Origin: an uncultured Candidatus Berkelbacteria bacterium
GTDB taxonomy: Bacteria; Patescibacteriota; UBA1384; UBA12157
Direction: 5' to 3'
NCBI GenBank assembly: GCA_903877885.1
Contig: CAIRFN010000005.1
Span: 17,956-81,955, forward strand
DNA length: 64,000 nt
How positions within the stretch are numbered: the stretch's first letter is position 1; the number at the start of each line of letters is the position of its first letter. This document shows positions 60,601 to 64,000 of the stretch, in pieces. Both the position numbers and the translations under genes were made by a program. The notes beneath the pieces are model-generated. The model was not told where the DNA came from. It saw nothing but the letters and a program-made list of their open reading frames with translations, and made no database searches.

Positions 60601-61437
60601 CAGGTTGCTCAAGCCAGAGATTTAAATACTGCCTTTAACGATATTACTAATCAGTTAAAAACAATTTTACCAACAAACGGTTCGACTAGTTTTAGCGCAA
60701 GCCAAGCCAATCAAATTGCTGATACATTTCAGAATTTCTTAAAATCAGATTCTAATCCAGCCACCGGCACTAAAAACTTCTCTAGCATCATGAATACTTT
60801 AAGTAAAAATCCTGATTTGAAAGCTTTAGCCAACTTGGATGTCAGTAAACTTGGTGATCTGGGAGATTTTGGCAATCTTAGTAAATTGGCAAATGTTGGC
60901 AATTTAAGCAGTCTCACAAATATTGGCGGCTTAGGCAGCCTTGGTAGTTTAACTGGTTTTTCTAAAATTGCTTCTAGCCTGGGTAATATTCCCGGATTAG
61001 GCAGTCTCTTTGGCGGTCTGACCGGCGGTACCAATACGACCTGGAACGGTTTGCCAGCCGTCGCTATTCCGATTCAAGTGGGTTGGCAAGATCGAAAACC
61101 ATCAGTCGGCTGGATCACTGGCGATTCCAGTAATTTGATTACCAATGCTATTACTAATGCTTTGGTTAATTATTTCGTTTATCAACCGGAAGCGCGTCGC
61201 AAAACCCATCAACTGGTTGGTGAATTATTACAATTTCCATATGATATGGTAGCAGCAAGTGGTAAATCTAGCGATAAATATAATTATCGCTTAAGCCAGA
61301 TTATTACTTACTCTGATGAACGCGATGTCAAACCATTTTGGGATAAATTAACCGATCTCTATGGTTTACCTCGCACATCAAATCTTGGTCTTTTTGCCAT
61401 GCCAGAAGCTTGGGATCATGTTCACATCGGATACTAA
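57697..61437 (+). CDS. Large membrane-anchored protein with split M15-like peptidase motifs and a ~330-aa tandem duplication
   Basis: GAAVAE repeats, TM segment, SAHQEGLAIDI, duplicated helical/GLxxL domain, C-terminal DHVHIGY. Confidence 0.8.
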   Translation: MADDNIKFTTKTNQTFDVEVEKTKSSTEKTELGTTTSTAGSENNSGKASPSQTGSTEQSSKPGSTQSQPQNNNQPENQQNQQDQQNQKNKEEKEKADQKDKDKEKEKAEKEGQEPKEKPAEGEKPGEPGQPAEGTPGEGIGNEPAGVPEGGLPEGAGPVGTEAGTTGLGGEAAVGGEGAAAAGAEGAAVAEGAAVAEGAAVTEGVAVAEGAAVAAGATAGAPVLLIVLGVLVVIVLILLVIFGVMACQADQGEFGKGTKQEAGPNYTNTKTVLASAGTPAKSAQGNTVSGQNKINLNATDQKYIAAGSTDKRLMDALHYVDQKHLSLGVSHVISGYNGSAKVSYNSNTLASEIDAKYSLFHPVGISYAALDYSNIPDLTESGALDNSQVTANVSAHQEGLAIDISTIDFVYHDHEYDPLCPDGFPPFDKVWYSDGSSDSSGILGSLINPEGLKANLDSLTSQITNLTASLNDSTITKILNQANPDQASNLLKIVQNASKNSNGDLASINNIFQQNNDSVNALQAQVAKYAGAINASSQDQATKDKETNALIKIQAMVESNTSQWSQIGNVTGIHTGSIQRDIDDLSDLANGQFDPNRTNDLINHLTSDFNSITNFKGISGLGQASQLTQSFGDITKYLTNGNSSDVNAMADTFNKFISDPGISSGGLGSSSKNFNTVLNDLSKNPSLKSLANLDIAKLGNLGDFGKLTNLANLDNLSNLTKIGGLGSLSSLPGLSNLSNIPGVSGLISGLSGLLGGNELLRIPCSSYSPVPDSSNQLPSIPGLSQALGTVTNSLNQLNNVMNTSVIDALNKIDPTLTKQLQNSISQITGIAPGQQATDINAITSQKLASNLSTVKDLFNKNSDTVNLLQKQVSQIASAINHSSQDQNTKNQETQALVKLQAMVETNSNQWNQFMSDSVNQRGMIDQDLSFINYVTGQNSNKVDANTVKGVLDRAINDIQATNFNQNNSQVAQARDLNTAFNDITNQLKTILPTNGSTSFSASQANQIADTFQNFLKSDSNPATGTKNFSSIMNTLSKNPDLKALANLDVSKLGDLGDFGNLSKLANVGNLSSLTNIGGLGSLGSLTGFSKIASSLGNIPGLGSLFGGLTGGTNTTWNGLPAVAIPIQVGWQDRKPSVGWITGDSSNLITNAITNALVNYFVYQPEARRKTHQLVGELLQFPYDMVAASGKSSDKYNYRLSQIITYSDERDVKPFWDKLTDLYGLPRTSNLGLFAMPEAWDHVHIGY

Positions 61438-61459
61438 AAAGTAGACGGTATCCGACAAT

Positions 61460-61535
61460 AAAGGACTGTCCTTCAACGCGCTAAAGGACAGTCCTTTTTA
61501 AATACTTGATACTAAATCCTAAATACTAGATACTA
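61460..61535. repeat. Family B palindrome plus heptamer tract
   Basis: aaaggactgtccttcaacgcgctaaaggacagtccttt then aatactt gatacta aatccta aatacta gatacta. Confidence 0.8.
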
Positions 61536-61540
61536 ATTTT

Positions 61541-61813
61541 ATGATGGATAAAATTAGTGGATTTTTAAGCCACAACTCAAAATATCAAAGGCTGTCCGGG
61601 CCGCTTCGCGCCGCTCAAGTTTGTGATACAGCACGCGAACTTGGCCTTAATCGTTTCGGCGTTGCAAGTTTCAAAGACGGGCTTCTAACGCTTACCGTCG
61701 AAAATTCCATGGCCGGGGCCAACTTGCAAATGGAAATACCAGAAATAATCCAATCTGTGAATACTAAAATTGGACAAGAGTTAGTCAAAAAAATTAGATT
61801 TAAAATTCAGTAG
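61541..61813 (+). CDS. DciA/DUF721-like protein
   Basis: SFKDGLLTLTVENS...LQM...II..VN.KIG..LVKKIRF. Confidence 0.7.
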   Translation: MMDKISGFLSHNSKYQRLSGPLRAAQVCDTARELGLNRFGVASFKDGLLTLTVENSMAGANLQMEIPEIIQSVNTKIGQELVKKIRFKIQ

Positions 61814-61821
61814 CTTTACCT

Positions 61822-61860
61822 AAAAGGACAGTCCTTCAGCGCGTTAAAGGACTGTCCTTT
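61822..61860. repeat. Family B palindrome
   Basis: aaaaggacagtccttcagcgcgttaaaggactgtccttt. Confidence 0.85.
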
Positions 61861-61877
61861 ATTGTTTGTGATTTTTC

Positions 61878-62447
61878 TTAAAATATCTGCGGCAAATGCA
61901 TAAAGCTGGCAAAGATGTTCGGCAAAAACGAAACGAAATATAAAAATAACGAAATAAAAACACCGTAGAGCAAAACCCGAATTGACCAATTAAGGTAAAA
62001 CTTGCGCGGCACATTGGAATATTTGGTTAAATTATAGGTCTCTAAAATATAGGCATCATAAATTTTGTTCTCATTAGCCAAGGTATCCAAAACCTGTTTT
62101 TGATATTCGTCTTCGGATTTACCGCTGATTTGATGATGGTAAAACAGACTTTCACTCTGACCTTTTTTGGTCGCAAAATGACTTGGTTTCAAAGCCATTA
62201 AAGCAAAAAACATAGAAATAACTACAGATATTAAAGCAGCAATAAAAAATACGCTTTGAGCCCATTGGGCTTCAAAATTTGTGGCAAAAAAGACAATCAA
62301 AGCCGAGTTAAAACCAATCATAATATTGGTTCTTAAGTCCAACATATTGCGAATTTCAATCTGTTTATTTAAAATATCAGACACAAAAGTCACCCGCTCC
62401 AGAGCGCCCAATTCCCCATCCCATTTAATTTCTTCTTTAGTTTGCAT
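61878..62447 (-). CDS. DUF5706/Pycsar PycTM-like membrane protein
   Basis: D.RTN.MIGFN, TM pair, SLFY..I...EY, terminal TM; start moved to ATG 62447 behind GGAGGGG. Confidence 0.65.
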   Translation of the reverse strand: MQTKEEIKWDGELGALERVTFVSDILNKQIEIRNMLDLRTNIMIGFNSALIVFFATNFEAQWAQSVFFIAALISVVISMFFALMALKPSHFATKKGQSESLFYHHQISGKSEDEYQKQVLDTLANENKIYDAYILETYNLTKYSNVPRKFYLNWSIRVLLYGVFISLFLYFVSFLPNIFASFMHLPQIF

Positions 62448-62450
62448 CTT

Positions 62451-62557
62451 CCCCTCCGACACACATTAATTTAAAAATATGATAGTTTGTCGCCCTCCGA
62501 TACTCGCACTGTTCGTACACTACGAAGTAGGTTGAACAGTAAGAGTTTAGGATGGGC
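62451..62557 (-). promoter_or_regulatory. Conserved structured 5' leader, copy C
   Basis: Homologous to copies A and B; TATAAT at 62574-62579. Confidence 0.8.
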
Positions 62558-62656
62558 AAACAATAAAACACTTATTATATATTTATCATATCACAAACAT
62601 TTATCAAAACGTATTAGTTAAATTACTTAAGGACAGTCCTTTTAGTTTCATAGATT

Positions 62657-63088
62657 TTAAATATCTTTCCCTTGCTGCCAAAGTAAATTAAAATAGTTCA
62701 AATATGTTTTAGCCAGAACTGGATTTTTAATTTCAATCACCGAAACTGGTTCATCGAAAATTTGCATCGCAATATAATCCTCAATCACCAACATGTTTGC
62801 CGGCGTTTCTAAATTAGTAGGAATAACTCGCACTTCGTAAAGTTCGTTGTTGTCTGATTTTCTCTTATCAACTTCGGAAACATGGTACTCAACCATTTTC
62901 ATCACAATATTTTTCTTTTTGCGAATCCGATCATAGCGATGTTGCTTACTTCCCATCAACTCATACCAGCGATCACCAATGACACCCAAGACATAAATCG
63001 TACTACCCTCTTTCATCCGACTGATATAATTCAAACTAAAATTTTGAAAACCTTCCAAACCTTCGTAAATCACGATCTCTTGTTTCAC
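62657..63088 (-). pseudogene. C-terminal part of a TrmB-like regulator, HTH region absent
   Basis: IVIYEGLEG...RIRKKKNI...IEIKNPVLA..YLNYFNLLW; composition changes abruptly at ~63088. Confidence 0.6.
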
Positions 63089-63089
63089 T

Positions 63090-63536
63090 GCCGACCTGCA
63101 GACCGGGACGGTCTGCACCGAGGTAAATTTAGAAAAAAACCTCGGCAACCGTTTCGGCCTTTGGGCCTATGCGGCCCAGTCGGAGAATTGGGGCGAGGTT
63201 TACGCCGGCCCAAGTTACGCGCCAGCAAAAAATTTTCAAGTCGGCATCGCCGCCGGCACCGAATCCAACCAGCCCCGCGTCCGCTTCGGCGGCTTCGCGT
63301 GGATCGGAATGGGCCGTTTCTCTCTCATCGCATTAGGCGAGGACGGCGGATCGGGAACCTGGTGGAAGCTAGAGGGTAAATATACCCTCGATGCCAAAAC
63401 CAATATTGGCGTCATGGAAGACGCCAACAAAAAAACCAGTCTTCTTATCGAGCGCAAGCTCGACAATAGCTTAACGCTCCGCGGCCGTTTTTACGGCAAC
63501 GGAGCAGGCGATTTGGGATTAAAAATCGCCTTCTAG
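63090..63536 (+). pseudogene. 5'-truncated beta-strand-rich protein ending in Phe
   Basis: Frame open from 63069 with no credible start or RBS; terminator at 63545-63571. Confidence 0.5.
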
Positions 63537-63670
63537 AAAATTAACCCCGCATAGAAATGTGCGGGGTTTTTCGTATTCAAAAATTATATTTGCATGATTT
63601 AATCAAGAAGCTATTGACATGTTCGCTATTTGTTCGTGTATAATATAATTATATAAAGAAAAGAGATCTC

Positions 63671-64000
63671 ATGGACAAACAAAAAAGTCGGGGTCAAATC
63701 ATCATCTACCAAACGCCGGAGGGCGAAAACAAAATCGAAGTTAAAATGGAGGAGGAAACCATCTGGTTGACACAAGAGCAAATGTCAACATTATTCAATA
63801 AAGATAGAAGAACCATTACTGAACATATCGGAAATATTTTTAAGGAGAACGAGCTTAGTAAAATTTCAGTATGCCGGAAATTCCAGCATACTGCCGCTGA
63901 TGGTAAAAAGTACAAAGTCAATTTCTACAATCTCGATGTAATTATCTCTGTTGGATATCGTGTTAAATCAATCCAAGGAACTCAATTTCGCATCTGGGCT
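63671..64000 (+). CDS. RhuM-family protein, 5' part
   Basis: IIIYQT...ETIWLTQ.QM..LF...YNLDVIISVGYRVKS..GTQFRIWA. Confidence 0.9.
   Translation, partial: MDKQKSRGQIIIYQTPEGENKIEVKMEEETIWLTQEQMSTLFNKDRRTITEHIGNIFKENELSKISVCRKFQHTAADGKKYKVNFYNLDVIISVGYRVKSIQGTQFRIWA

Noticed and set aside
58083-61034. Antisense ORFs opposite the 1246-aa protein
   Set aside because: Shadows of low-complexity codon repeats; the same applies to most short overlapping ORFs in the track
50647-61437. Integrative conjugative element or prophage
   Set aside because: No integrase, relaxase, att sites or phage structural genes; composition resembles the host genes
62882-63466. ORFs 62882-63379 (+) and 63236-63466 (-)
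   Set aside because: Shadow frames overlapping the two truncated genes

Overview
AT-rich bacterial chromosomal segment (code 11) whose gene content points to a Patescibacteria/CPR genome (inference from the PrgI/TraC-like/VirB4 and VirB6-like genes, DUF5663, a stand-alone 5'-3' exonuclease and a short ValS). Housekeeping genes include rnj, udg, pnp, rpsO, rpsT, lepB, holA, murE, femX-like, tsaD, valS, metK with a SAM-I riboswitch, an F0F1 atp operon and dciA, interspersed with ORFans that carry their own promoters and terminators. Main observations: (1) a ~108-nt structured 5' leader occurs three times with many compensatory base changes, upstream of the prgI-virB4 operon, a DUF2207 gene and a PycTM-like gene, and is a candidate new riboswitch or protein-binding leader; (2) about 20 GTCATYC...GRATGAC palindromic elements, two of which enclose a GIY-YIG nuclease gene between their arms and nine of which lie in frame inside housekeeping proteins; (3) two promoter- and terminator-bounded orphan ncRNA candidates, one convergent on a DUF3800-like gene and one of ~280 nt between tsaD and valS; (4) three more repeat families, duplicated gene starts, a metK frameshift and a split M15-type peptidase. 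All calls are by eye from motifs; no database searches or folding programs were run, so novelty is unverified.
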